DNA of 63,059 nt, counting the filler, from Reticulomyxa filosa (taxonomy: Eukaryota; Protista; Foraminifera): NCBI GenBank assembly GCA_000512085.1. It is 22 parts of 22 records of this genome, joined end to end, with 100 filler letters (N's around TTAATTAATTAA, not from the genome) between each part and the next. Parts side by side here need not be neighbours in the genome. Positions count along the whole stretch, not along the records: positions 37,914 to 41,687 come from ASPP01010142.1; positions 41,788 to 42,955 come from ASPP01010284.1; positions 43,056 to 45,231 come from ASPP01024625.1; positions 45,332 to 50,240 come from ASPP01028938.1; positions 50,341 to 52,221 come from ASPP01008608.1; 17 more parts are not named here. One strand, 5' to 3'. A model generated the notes under the pieces. That model did no database searches and was not told the origin of the DNA. It saw nothing but the letters and a program-made list of their open reading frames with translations. Below, one piece after another: positions 38,978 through 52,321 of the stretch; position 1 is the first letter of the stretch, and the number at the start of each line of letters is the position of its first letter. Both the position numbers and the translations under genes were made by a program.

Positions 38978-41281
38978 ATGGCGACATTACTAACAAATGA
39001 TGACTTTCGTCAGCTTGTGGAAGATAAAACAGTTCAAATAGTTCCAGAAAAAGAGAAGCCAAGATCTGTGAAATCTCAGCCCGAGATATCAAAAAAAGAG
39101 CTGGAAAAGAAGCGTGCTGCAAAGAAAGCGAAGCACGCAGAAAAGGCTAAACAGTTTTGAATTTCTTTTTTTTTTTTTTTCTCTTTTTGAATTTGTATTG
39201 TTCCCTTCGAGCACAAGACCTTAATTTTGTGAATGTACAAAACCTTTGCAATTGCATTAGATTTTTTGAGCGACTAAAGCGAGCCCAACAAAAACGCGAA
39301 GAAGAAAATCCATTATCAAAATATCGAGATTTGGCCAAGGAAATTCGAGAAGGGAAAAGACCACTGGAAAAAGTTTGTTTTAGGGAAGCAAGAGAGGACT
39401 TAAAAGTGCAATAAAAAAGTAGCAAAAATAAATAAATAAATAAACAGATAGATGTAGACCTAAAAGAATTAGGATATGAATATTCCAAATATTTGGGTGG
39501 AGATGAGGCACACACACATTTGGTTAAAGGATTGGATTATGCACTACTCAAACGAGTGCGTGAGGAAATGGCTTTGGAACAAGCACAAGAAATTGAACAG
39601 TTTTGTTTTGTTTGTTTTTTTTTATTATATGTGCTTGTTTTCCATTACTTTTGTCCCCTCTCTCCCCCTCCCCCCCCCTTTTCACATATTTGAAGGGGGA
39701 GAAAAAAAAATAAAAAGTTCAAAATGTATTTATTTTCTCTTTTTTGCCTCACAACTCAGTGCGTTGAAAGAATCTCAAACGCTTGACACAACAAATGAAG
39801 GGGGCGAAAAGTCATCTGCGATGTCAGCGAAAAATCAGTACCAAAAAACGTTTGAATACTCGCCAATGGAACAAGTGCATTTCGACTCATACTTGGGCCG
39901 TCACGTGTACCAATCTTGTTTGGATCATTTCACTTTGGAACAGTACTCGCGAAATTGCGGGATTGATTTGGTGGGAGATCAATTTGTATCCAAAAACCTT
40001 CCTGAAGCACAGTCTCAAAAAAAAGAAAGAAGAAGAAGAAGAAGGAGAAGAAGAAGAAAAAGACAAAGATAAATCCTCCTCTCTTGTGGACAAGAAACTG
40101 TTGAGTGTTTTGTGTAAACCGCTACATATTGATGACTCAGTTGGGAAATGTACCATGTTTTTGCCTGGCAAAATGAATTATCAATTTGCATTGACTGGCA
40201 TCCAAAATTTGTCCCTGTTCGATCAAGAGGATCACAAATCCTCACAAAACAAGAAAGACGTTCGCGGAGAGGCTTCCATTACCAAAGCTATCATGCGATC
40301 AGGCTTGGATTTGGTCACTGACAAAGACCAACAGGTTTACTTACGCCCATATACTTTGCATATATGTGTGCAAAGTCTGAAGGAGATCACAATCCTTTTT
40401 TTTTTTTTTTTGTATTATTTGTACGAAGCCTTCTTATGTGAGCGGCTGGACCCCACCCTCCTTGCGTGATCACATTCGCATTGTGTATGAGAAGAAAAAA
40501 CATGAAAGTAAGAAACGTGCTGCAAAAGACAAAAATGCCAATAAAAAAAAAAAGAAATCGAAAAGAAATGACTTTGACTGAGAATAAAGATATTGCAGCT
40601 TCTATAAAACAAATCAATGACACAACTAAAAATCCCGGTCCAATCGATGACGGTATTAATATCTTTGATGATGTTGGAAGTGATTATATTTGCAATCCAG
40701 TTGTATCAAAACAACAGGGAGATGGGAAAGATTATACTGATATAACGGGCCAAACAAAACGAAGAAAATTTACTGATGAGCCATCTTCTTTTGGAAAATT
40801 ATATTTTCAGGATGATGCATTATCCACTGACGCAAATAATAGTCAACATCTTTCAACTATACTTCATTCCGATTCTATCAAACCTATTTTGAAAAAATCA
40901 AAACTTGGAACTTTAAAAGACAAAAATGATAAGAAACAGCTTAGAAAAGAAATGCAGGAAAATATGAACGATAACGACACTTTGATGAAACAAGAAAGAT
41001 TTGCTGGTGTTGGAGTGGTGGAGACAAACAATGACGCCAACACTGACAAGAAAAAAATCAATTCCGATAGCAAAGAACACAATACGCCACAAAAAGGTGA
41101 TCCTTTTGGATTGAGAAAAATGTCCATGGGATTATCTAGCATGGAAATGGGTTTTGATGATGACGATGATGATGCAGAAATTATTGGAAAATCTTCTAAG
41201 AAACATGGCTCTCAAAACAAAGATGCAGACAAGCAGTGGAAACAAATTCAAGAAATTTGGTCGAAACAGCCAAAAAAATAA
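38978..41281 (+). CDS. IK: Spliceosomal protein RED (IK/Smu2-like), multi-exon
   Basis: LTNDDFRQL, KYRDLAKEIREG, SKYLGGDEAHTHLVKGLDYALLKRVR, FLPGKMNY and C-terminal DKQWKQIQEI. Confidence 0.9.
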
Positions 41282-41439
41282 TACAACTGGACATTTTGAC
41301 AATAATGTCTTACAATTTACTGACAATATAATGTTTGGTATTTTATTCATATGATCGAATTGTTATATCGAAAGAAAATGTTACAATCCAAATAAATGAC
41401 AAAGCTATTTGATGAAACATAGACTGTATAAAGCTTCGC

Positions 41440-41687
41440 CTTTAATTTTAACTTTTAATGCAGTCATTATGTGAATTTACAAACTTATAACAAATTCGAA
41501 TATTTTTAATTTTATAGCATTCATGTTATAACAATTGAACAATTCACTTTTTTTCTATTAGTTTGTTTTTTTATAACTACAGTAGATTGCAAAAAAAAAC
41601 CGCAATACCTAAATGACACTATATGAAGAGAATCGATTTTCTCAACGAAAAATAAAGATTTAAAATTAATTTTTTTAAAAAATATCT
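41440..41687 (-). repeat. Dispersed non-coding repeat, copy A (inverse of 54671-54910)
   Basis: The reverse complement reads AGATATTTTTTAAAAAAATTAATTTTAAATCTTTATTTTTCGTTGAGAAAATCGATTCTCTTCATATAGTGTCATTTAGGTA, matching 54682 onward. Confidence 0.8.
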
Positions 41688-41787
41688 NNNNNNNNNNNNN
41701 NNNNNNNNNNNNNNNNNNNNNNNNNNNNNNNTTAATTAATTAANNNNNNNNNNNNNNNNNNNNNNNNNNNNNNNNNNNNNNNNNNNN

Positions 41788-42416
41788 TCATTATACGTAT
41801 CATGTTCTTCTTCTTCTTCTTCTTCTTCTTCTTCCTCTTCCTCATCTTCTTCTTGCTCTTCTTCTTCGTTATATTCGTCCTTCCTATGATGCGCTTTTTC
41901 CTTTTGCTTTCGCTTTTGTTCTTGTGCCAGCAGAATTTTTTCTGCTTCTGCTGGTGGTATTTCCTCCTCCTCTTCTTCTTCTTCTTCTTCTTCTTCTTCT
42001 TCTATTTCTTGTTCTTGTTCTTCTTGTTCTTCTTGTTCTTGTTCTTCTTCTTCTTCGATGTGGATGGCCCCTGCTCGCCGATGACCGGTGTGTCGTGGCG
42101 ACGAGATCGACGGCGGCGCAGAGCTTTGCGCTTCCTCGTCCGTGGTTATGTTGTTGCTGTGCGAGTTGTCCTGAAACTTTTGGTGCGATGTCGAACGAAA
42201 GTCAGGCGATCCCCCATTCGTGCATTGCGCATTCGACATCAACTCTTCGTCACGCGGCGTTTCGCCACTGTGTGCGTACACACTGTCTTGTCTATCATTT
42301 TGTATGTATTTACATTCGAAGATGAATAAATGAATGAACGAATAAATAATTGTTTTGGGAACATTCTTTCATCCCCCCCTTTTTTTTTTTATAAAAAAAT
42401 TATTATTATTATTATT

Positions 42417-42448
<32 letters not shown>

Positions 42449-42810
42449 TTAACATAAACCTAGTTTTCTTTGTTTATTACTGGTGCGAACGTTGGTACGC
42501 ATCGTTGGAGGAGTAGTTTGAGTCAATTGTTGCAACTCCATTTTTAACACTCGGTTGTAAAACTGCAACTGGGCATTTTCTTGCGCGTGAATGGCGGCTA
42601 ACTTTTCTTTTTCCATTTCAAAACCTTGCAGCGTTTGCAATAATTGCGCATGCAGTTGCTGCAATCGCGCATTGTCTTGGTTGCACAGTTCCAAGTTTTT
42701 CTTCAACTGCTCCATTATCATTGATTGCCCACTTATTTCTAGCAACATGTGATATTTCCAAAACTCGTTTTCTTCTTGCATTTTCAGCAAATTTTCAATA
42801 AATGACTCTT
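41788..42810 (-). CDS. Hypothetical protein, Q-rich coiled coil plus poly-Glu tracts, partial
   Basis: ORFs 42449-42790 and 41788-42281 separated by a polyT/polyA intron. Confidence 0.5.
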
Positions 42811-43055
42811 GCTTTTTTTTTTCCCCCCCCCCACATATTGTACATATACATATGTATATATATGTATATATTTATATAATTTACAAAATATTTGTCGCCA
42901 CATATCGAATTAAAAAAAAAAAAACAAAAAACAACACGTGTACATACACGCTTAANNNNNNNNNNNNNNNNNNNNNNNNNNNNNNNNNNNNNNNNNNNNT
43001 TAATTAATTAANNNNNNNNNNNNNNNNNNNNNNNNNNNNNNNNNNNNNNNNNNNN

Positions 43056-44079
43056 AAAGACAGTAATCAAATCACTTTATTATCTTTTGGATCTACTGAT
43101 TATTGGAAAAAAAAGACATACATTGGTGATGAAATATATAAGTGTTTGGAGTAATATATTAGATACAACAAACAAACCAAATGAATTAAGCAATTACAAT
43201 GAATGGGTTCCTTTCACAGATAATCATAATCAACCAATTATCATTGGAAGAAATGAAAATTACAATTATGAAGGATTACGTGCAGTAATTGGTGGAATCA
43301 ATAATCATTTGTTATTTATCACTTATCTACCAAAGGATATTAGTGTATTTGATTTAAATAAATTTCAATTTATTAAACATGATAATTTACCATCTTATAA
43401 TTCTATTCAATTTCATTGCTTTGTATTAAATTCAGAAAATGGACAAGTACAAGAAACGATGAAAACAAATAAACAAAATTATCAAATGCTGTTGTTTAAA
43501 GAGAGGACAGGATTATCAATTGAATATAATGAAGATAGCAACACTTTTCAATTTCATAAACTACCTGTTTGTGATAGTATTGCACCATTCAGTTATTATG
43601 CATATGTGAATTTCTATGATACTATCTTGTTCTTTGGTGGATGGAATAGTAGATACGGTACTAATGCTGTTTCAAAATTAGTGCACAAATATTCAATTCG
43701 AGAAAACAAATGGATGACATTTGAAAACATTTTACCCAGTCCATTATATAGTTGTGTTGCAATATTGAATAAAGAAGACAGTTATATACATATCATTGGA
43801 GGAAGAGATGACAAATATGCGTCATTATTAAATCACATAAAGATTAAAATACGTGTATTTGATCCTTCAGTGTTGGTAATGATTTGTTTATTTATTTTTG
43901 TTTTAATTTAACACAAATAAATTTTATTTCATAAAACTGATTGATAAATAATAAATAATATACAGTCAAAAAAAGAAATAAAATGTATTATTGAATATTG
44001 GACTCGAACTTTAAAGATAAAGTTAGGATGGATTGATGATTTTGATAAGATTATTATGAAATACAGTAGACACATATAA
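43056..44079 (+). CDS. Kelch-repeat protein (expanded family) with a terminal helical-box exon, 5'-partial
   Basis: GLRAVIGG..LLFITY, FHCFV, ILFFGG, VHKYSIRENKWMTF..LPSPL and IHIIGG. Phase-0 intron 43876-43965; last exon SKKEIKCIIEYWTRTLKIKLGWIDDFDKIIMKYSRHI*. Confidence 0.85.
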
Positions 44080-44250
44080 AGTTTATAAAATTTGTGTAAA
44101 ATTACCTTTTTATTTCAACATTGAAGTTCCTTTTTTTGTTTTCGAACATTCTTTAAAAATTACAAAAAAACTGAACAGCTGTTTTCAAAGTTTTGTTGAA
44201 AAAAGTTCAATATCTTCCATTTTACATCATCAAAAACGATCTTAAACAAA

Positions 44251-45060
44251 ATGACAACTCTTAGTAATGAGAAACGAACTTCAACACAGCTAGAGTTGGT
44301 AAGCTTCATTACAATCTTGTTTTTTAATTTGTGATTCAAACAGTCTGAAGAAAAAAAGATTCAAATAATCGTACAACATTGGATCCGAATATTAAAAATC
44401 AAATTATGATGGATCAAAGATTTTGACAAACTTATTGTCAATTATGTTAGTTCATTTGTTTTTTTTTAAATGTCAATCAAAACATTACAATATTATTTAA
44501 CATATATACATACCATCTTCCTGTTTGACACATTTCGATTGTCATCCAAATTAATAAATATATTCACTGGACATATTAGTGGTGTCAAGTATTGATTATT
44601 CAACATTGATTATTGTCAACTCATTTGTTCTGGATCACAAGATAAAATAGCTTGTGTATGTGATGTTGATAACAATAAACAAATTCAATTATTCAATTGA
44701 CATTCAGGTCATGTGTATTGTGTAAAATTTTCATTCTATCATTATCCAATCATAGTCAAAGTGGTAGATATTTGTGTTCTGGATCTGGTGACAAAACGAT
44801 TCATTTATGTGATATCAAAACATCAAAATCATTAAATGTTTTCGATGGACATGAAAATATTGTTTGTTGTGCTGATATTTCACCATTACAAAGAAACAGC
44901 AGTAATAAATAAATAATATTGTGATTGGTGGAAATGGACATACAATTTGTTCTGGATCAAATGATAAAACCATTCGAATGTTAGATATTGAAACAACAAA
45001 ACAATTCAATGTATTCAAAGTGCATAAAGATAGTATTTATAGTGTAAAATATGTAATTAA
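44251..45060 (+). pseudogene. WD40-repeat family pseudogene
   Basis: MTTLSNEK../EKKIQIIVQHWIRILKIKL*WIKDFDKLIVNY; ICSGSQDK, LCSGSGDKTIHLCD, FDGHENIV, ICSGSNDKTIRMLD. In-frame TGA at 44407, frameshifts, and Trp lost from WD dipeptides. Confidence 0.88.
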
Positions 45061-45331
45061 AAAAGTGGATACAACACCAAACACACAAACCGTCATTGAG
45101 TATGTGGACACAACAAAAAGATTTCTTTTTTGTTTGTTTGTTTCAAACTACAAAAACACAAACAATTGTGTGTGAATGTAAAGCAATAGTGAGAACAAAG
45201 AATATACACAGCAGACCACAACAGTGTCTCTNNNNNNNNNNNNNNNNNNNNNNNNNNNNNNNNNNNNNNNNNNNNTTAATTAATTAANNNNNNNNNNNNN
45301 NNNNNNNNNNNNNNNNNNNNNNNNNNNNNNN

Positions 45332-45368
<37 letters not shown>

Positions 45369-45369
45369 A

Positions 45370-45807
45370 GAAAAGGGAGCAAAGAATTGCGATCGAATCC
45401 GAGGCTTGTTGATTGGACTGATAATAATGACAGCATTGTCAATGTCGTACGTGTGCTGTGGAGGCTTGGGATGCTTGTTTGGCTTGGTGAATGGACGCAT
45501 CGCGACTCCGGTCGAACTTGCATATCAAGATCGCATCGAAAAGCAAAGACAAGAGCAAAAAAATACAGTCGACATGGCCGACTTTGAGCATAACGAAAAT
45601 GGTGAGGATGATGACGAACATGAGACCGGAAATAGAGACAAGGCAACACTGCTTGCAGGCAAGTAAATAAACAAATAAATAAACAAACAAACAAATAAAT
45701 AAATAAATATATACATATACATATATGTATATACATATAATATTTATTTATTTGTAATATATCATTCATTTTTTTTTTGCTGTTTATTTATTGAACTGAA
45801 CGTTGAT

Positions 45808-45838
<31 letters not shown>

Positions 45839-47783
45839 TAAGTAATAAAAATGCGACAAGGGGAGACAAAGTACCAAATAAGTATAATCGACGACATGCG
45901 TGTAATAAACAAACTCGGCGACACGCAACTGACGGATTTGAAGAAATTGGACCGTGTGATAGTACGCTTGTCGCACCGCAATAGCGAAGGGTGCTACGGA
46001 ACTGTCCATTACTATGGGAGTGTCCCCGAGTACCCGACGCAATACAGCACCACGTTCCCATATATATACGGCGTGGAATTGGACGAGCCCAAAGGCAACA
46101 CAAACGGAGTGATCAACGGCAAGCAATATTTTCGTTGCGCGGAACAGTACGGCGTGTTTGTGGCACCCCCCGATGTGAAGAAGCTGCACCCGAGCCAAGA
46201 CCCTTTGGCAAACATGTCGCCCGGTCCAATGGCGGGCGTGAAGATCACGCGCACCAATCCCAACCACTTTCAAAAGGAAGATTTAAGCGCACTGCTAGCG
46301 CACATCCAAGAGCGCAGCAAGCAGTCATCGGACAATGCCTCGGCGTTCTCGTCCATGACTCTTGGACATATCAAGCGCTTTCGCATTGCCACTGTTACGT
46401 CTGCCAATGTGGACGAAGTCACTAAGGAGTTTTTGGACTTGCTGCCACAACGTATTCTCAATGCACATTCTTCCTTTGCTGGGGGGGGAGTAGGTGGTGG
46501 TGGTAATGGTGGTGGTGGCATTAGAAATGGTACTCTTACCTTCACTCCTGATGGCTATGCCAAAGGCGCACCGAATATCCATGGCATTATGTTTAATGTG
46601 TTCCCTGCCATTGGACAACTGTATGCCATGGACAAGGTGGACATTGACCCTGCCGAAATGGACACCAGAGGCATCGACTTATGGTACATTGAACTGAATT
46701 CCAAATGGAGACAATGGTCGCGGAAAATTCTTGACCCCGACCATGTCGATTGGAGCATTGGAAAAAACAGCGACCAATTCAATAGCAAATGGGTTTTGAC
46801 CAATCATTGGCGGACTCAAGAGTGGGTATCCATTTTGCAAAATCAAAATCCGAACACAATTAATGTACCTTATCCCGTCGTGCATGAATGCTGCGTGCCG
46901 AGATTTATTCAGCAACAAGAACAACAACAACAACAACAACAACAACAGCGACAACAATATTTGGGTAATAGTTTGAAATGCAATCCTCATTACATTCCTT
47001 TGGGGTTCTTTCGTGAAGACGACTTGAGCCATGACTTGGATATGGCCATTGAACTTCGGCCTCGTTTCCTTCAGGAAGGAAAGGCGGTCGAATTTGCGCT
47101 GGGCAATCTGGTCCACGAAAGTGTTCAAAATGTGGAAGAACTGCTGCCTTATTTAAAGTATGAAGTGCTCGATATCGATGAAACTGCGGAGCACATGCGA
47201 GGTTGGTTCCCCATGGATTGGGTTTACAGCGAGGTCAAATTCGTTGATAAAGACTGGAGTTCCATCATTGAGTCTTATTTCAATAAGTACAACGTACAAC
47301 ATAACAGCGATGGTGTCACTACATTTAATCCCTATTACTGGATGAGGTTTCCCAGAATACCTTTGTGCTATTTGTCCACTTTGCTGCCGTTGGCTCCTTT
47401 ACGCCACTACGCCGAGCGCATTGAAAAAGTAAAGGTACGTACCGCCTCCGAATCGTCCGTGCCTTATCAATCACAGTGGCAACCAGAGACAAGTGACAAT
47501 ATTGACAACAATTCGTACCACGCCCGAGATAGCACCGATGAAAAAGGTTTGTTTTGTTTTTTTTTTTTTTGCATGTTTGATCATTTCTTTATACGTTGTA
47601 TTTTATTATACGTACAATATGAAATACATAGATGGAGGTGGCCACGAAGAAGATGATGCTGCTGAGAGACTGCAGACGGATCGTGACTCATCGCCACAAG
47701 GTAACTCTTACCATAATCTAAGAAAAGAAAAACCCCCAAAAAAAATTAGAGAATTGTCTGAAGATGAAGACAGCCTTATTTAA
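45370..47783 (+). CDS. CAP-Gly domain protein with an upstream hydrophobic (TM-like) exon and an unknown C-terminal domain, 5'-partial
   Basis: DRVIV..GTVHYYGSV..IYGVELDEPKGNTNGVINGKQYFRCAEQYGVFV is a clear CAP-Gly. Upstream LLIGLIIMTALSMSYVCCGGLGCLFGLV joins in phase via a GC-AG intron at 45659-45842. Confidence 0.75.
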
Positions 47784-48803
47784 ATTGACTTGTCAACAAT
47801 GATAATAATAATAACAAAAAATTAAAATAAAAATTAAAATACGAAAGACAAAAAGTTTTATAATTGATTTTATGTGTGTGTGTCCATACTCTTTTGTGCT
47901 TTACTCGAAGAGAAAATAAATCTTCTTTTCCACCCTCTATCTTTGGTGACCTTGCTTGGGGGTGTATTTGATCTCTTTTGTTTGTGTATGTTTACCCATT
48001 TTTTTTAGAGAGGGTTTCTTCTTGCTGTGGGAATTGTTTTTATTATATTTTTTTTCTTTATCATTTTATTGTCTTTTGTTCTTCCGTTTGGTTGGAAATC
48101 CATTTTGATGTGCTGTATGAGACAGATCGTTTTTTATTTGGCTATCTGGGGGAAAAAAATATATATATAAAAAAAACACCATCTAGTGCGTTGTGCTTAT
48201 GATGTTTACTTCCTCTTTCTTTCATTTTGCATCTGTCAACCATGAGAGAGGCAAAATAACAGCATTTTTGACTTCTATCCTACTCTAAGTGTCTAACGAT
48301 TGACAAAATGAACTTTTTTAACTATGCATGTCAGGTCTACTTTACTTGTTTTTGTTTGATTTGTTTTTCTAATTGTCACAATTAGCAAATGTGAAGGTAA
48401 TTAATGTTAAACATTAGGTTGTGTTGACATATGTTTCATGGATCACATTAGTTACATTCCATCCCGAGTTGCTGCATGAATTTTTTTGTTGTAAAATTTA
48501 TGATTCGTTAAATCAATCGCAAACACTTTTATTATTTTTATACTTCTATATTGTTTCGCTGTTTTTTATTTGATTTTGATGCAAAGCTTTGATATTGTGT
48601 TTTTGTAATTATATTTTGTGTTACTATTAAGAATAAATAAGTGTTAGTGTTGATCCTTTTTTTTTAATAAGAACTCTCAGAATATCCAAACTACTTAAGT
48701 TTTTGAAACTAAGATATCTGAAAGCTTCACTTTACTCAGCTTCTTGATACATGCAATAATTTTTCTGCTTTCAACAAAGGTTTTAAAAAAGCTCAAAAAA
48801 AAA

Positions 48804-50048
48804 ATGTCCGTTGGAGATAATAATGATGAGCAGATATTATTGGAAAAACATTCCGAGTCAAATGTTATTCCACTAAAACCTGAGAGTAGTAGTATATCTG
48901 GTGACACAATAACAGCTGATTTAACAGTTACTCTTAGCGATGCATTAGCAACATCCGTAAACGAAACTGAGCCAAGTGCAGTGGTAGTTAGCGAAGAAGC
49001 GGGTATGAATGAAGTGGAGACATCAGAAGCGATGGATGTACAAACAAACGAGGCAGTAAAGCCTCAACAATCACCGACGCCAAGTAACGGCAGTAGCACA
49101 TCCAATATGGGTGCAAACTCGCCAATGGAGCGTGGGAATAGTTTGACGGAAATAAGCAACTTGAACTCCAATTCCAATAGCAGCAAGTCATTGGACGGAA
49201 CACTGAACAAATTTACGAAAGAAGACTTGTTCAGATTGTTTGGAAAAGCGAGACATGAATTAAAATCAAGTGAAAAATTGAACAACGATTTGAATATCAA
49301 ACTAAAGAATATGAAGGCAACAATGGTACAGCAAGGCGAAACAATAAAACAAATGGAGCACACTATCGAACAAAATGAAGGCCAAGTTATTTTTACTCGG
49401 ACATATATGTATATATGTATATACATACATATATGTATATATATATATATATATATGAATATGTATTGTCAAAGATGGAAGAACTAAAGCGCAATGAGCG
49501 TAAGAAAAGTGATGAATTGAGCACATTGCGAATAAAACTAGAAGAAATGAGTAACGATCGTGATAGGGAGGTGGACGAGTTGAAGTTAGAAAATGCACGA
49601 TTGAAAAATGATTTGAATGCGTTTAATATCAAATATTTGAAATTGGAAAGCGAGATGACAGAAACACATATTATGCTCAAAACTCAAAACAGCAGTTATT
49701 TGGAAGAGATTAATCGATTGCATAACCAAGTTTGTTTCTATGTGCTCACATGTCCTTTTTCTGCTTTTCGATTGGAAACAAGGGTAACCTATGACACGGG
49801 TGACCATTGACCATTACTGGTGCACTGAACACGGATTTGATTAGTAGTCATTGTTCACCAACAATTCACAATTGACAAAACATATATACAAATTAAAGGT
49901 CGAAACACTCCATCAAACAATCACCAATTTGAAGCAATTGAATGTAAGAGTGCGCGATGAGTTGAACGAAAGTGTGAATAAATCTAATTTGTCCATTATG
50001 GAATTGCATCACACTATCGCTACTCAAACCACCACCATCACAACTTTG
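48804..50048 (+). CDS. Hypothetical coiled-coil protein, 3'-partial
   Basis: Disordered N-terminus followed by heptad-rich exons (ORFs 48744-49487, 49415-49810, 49851-50075). Confidence 0.6.
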
Positions 50049-50195
50049 GTTATTTACAAATTCAATATCTATTAAATGCATATACATACAATATGTACAT
50101 ATATTATGTTTATATGTGTATATGTAATCTGCAAATATGCATATGATTTGCAATCTTGTGTTACCCCTCCCCCCCCCTCCTCCTACTCCCTCTCA

Positions 50196-50228
<33 letters not shown>

Positions 50229-50378
50229 AAAAACAAAAAANNNNNNNNNNNNNNNNNNNNNNNNNNNNNNNNNNNNNNNNNNNNTTAATTAATTAANNNN
50301 NNNNNNNNNNNNNNNNNNNNNNNNNNNNNNNNNNNNNNNNGAAGAATGTGTATTAGATGCGTACATAAAAAAAAAAAC

Positions 50379-50410
<32 letters not shown>

Positions 50411-50519
50411 ATTGTATACACGTATATGAATACTTGTGAAAGAGGCGCTTTCAACATATGATTTAAAAACATGGTTTGCAATTTTGTAATTTTTAAAAAA
50501 AAAACTGTATAAAATGGCT

Positions 50520-51273
50520 CCACTCAAAATGCTAAGTAATGGATGATGAGTTGGACCAATCATCCCCAATGACATTTTAAGGAAGAATACAACGGCAAAT
50601 TGGGACTGTTTCGTCACCGTCCAATCGCCTTTGTTGCTCATTGTCGTGTTCCTCTTTTTCCTGTCACTTTCGTTGCTGGGTCCGTATTCCAGTATTTGCA
50701 CTTTTGTTGCAAGAAGTCGGTTTTGGTTTGCCGTGTGGCCATGCAACAGACAGCGTAGCGCAACAAAGCATTTGTGTTTCAATAGCAATGATTCATCTAA
50801 TCCAGTGCCTTCTCTGTCATTTGTATGTATTTAAAAAAAAAAAAAAAAAATGTACATATATATAATATACATATGTGTATATGTATATATATATATATAT
50901 AAATATATATATATATAAATATTCTAAACAGTGAAATGTCAGCAGGGACGGTGAAATCTCCGAGGATGAGTAATAAAGGATCGATAGCGACACCCAAAGC
51001 GTTTTGCAATTGAAGCGAGTGCCCCATTCCATTGATAACGCACATTAAGACATCAAGGAAGGCATAGGCGACAGCTAGCCAACCATCGCGTAGCTCAGGA
51101 TCGCTGTGACCGTCGTTCCAGCGATGAGTCAAGCAAGTTTTCCAAAGGGGCACCAGCCACGTTTCCACGCATTTGATTTCAACAAAGTAGGTGATATTTG
51201 AGCCATTACCTTCCAACAAAGCATGCAATAATTTTAGAGCGTCCAAGATGGCAATCATCCATTGTTCATCATC

Positions 51274-51315
<42 letters not shown>

Positions 51316-51903
51316 GTCATTATCATTGTCATGTTCTTGTCCGTTATCATTCCTTTCTTCATTGTCATCGCTGCGATGAGTGGACCTGATTTTATGTATG
51401 TCTTTGTCACGACCATGGTGATACTGCTTTTCTTTAGAAATAGTGTCGGTGATCTCTTCGTTCATGATGAAGAACAACTTTTCAAATACTCCTCAAAGGC
51501 AATCAACTTTTTGTATGCTGCTGTCATTGCGACACAACTCGGTGAGCAAAATCAACATGGCGTTGCGAATGTAGACATTGTTGGCGTGCGCCTCCGCGCT
51601 TTGTTGCTTGGAAGACGTCGTCAGCGACGCACTTGCGCAAAACAGTTCGGTGAGGGTGTTGATCGCGCCGTAGATGTTGATCACCGCGGAGCGAATCACA
51701 TGTCCTCTGAACAGTAGCAATGAGGTCAACAGTTGGATTATGTGGTAGCGCACTTCAAAGTCGTGGTTCGTCGACAGAAGCTTGAGCAGTACATTCAATC
51801 GGTCGTTCAATTGACTACTGTTCATATAAATCTTCATGTTATGCTCGTAATACAATTGTCGTCCATTCCCACTTGTACTTGCATGTGGTGACATTTGACC
51901 CAT
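50520..51903 (-). CDS. USO1: p115/Uso1 vesicle-tethering factor, armadillo head, partial
   Basis: LLKLL..DFEVRYHIIQLLTSLL, YIRNAMLILLTELCRNDSSIQK(LIAFE)GVFEKLF and DALKLLHALLEGNGSNITYF match p115 head motifs. Local compensating indels at ~51493-51512. Confidence 0.75.
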
Positions 51904-52321
51904 ATTAAATGGCTTTTTTTTTTTTTTTTTATGTTTGTGTGTTTGTGTTTGTGGAGAATAACAGGAGAGGGAAACAACAATTACAATAAAACTAATAAAC
52001 TATGTAGTTTTTTATATTCGTATATCTATTTACTTTCTTCAAAAAAAAAAAAAAAAAACATCAAAGTTTAATACATGTCACCCAAAAAATTCTTCTCAGT
52101 TTTGTGTGCTGCTTGTTTTCACAGCTTTTTTTTCATTGATTTGTGTATCTGGAAAATTCTGGCCATTTTCCCTCCCCCCTTTTTTTTTTTTTTTTTTTTT
52201 TTTTATTTTTTTTTTTTTTTTNNNNNNNNNNNNNNNNNNNNNNNNNNNNNNNNNNNNNNNNNNNNTTAATTAATTAANNNNNNNNNNNNNNNNNNNNNNN
52301 NNNNNNNNNNNNNNNNNNNNN

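Noticed and set aside
41802-42329. Long hydrophobic antisense ORFs (also 32842-33320, 51262-51717, 52270-53067) as membrane proteins
   Set aside because: Shadows of GAA/AAT/GAT repeats encoding acidic or Asn-rich tracts on the opposite strand.
44407-44409. Stop-codon reassignment (TGA=Gly, or TAA/TAG=Gln)
   Set aside because: In-frame stops occur only in copies that also have frameshifts. Intact genes end in TAA or TGA normally.
51478-51515. In-frame TGA in USO1 as selenocysteine or readthrough
   Set aside because: Homology predicts IQKLIAFEGVFE. One extra A and one missing base 13-15 nt apart give VDCL*, so these are compensating indels, probably sequencing errors.
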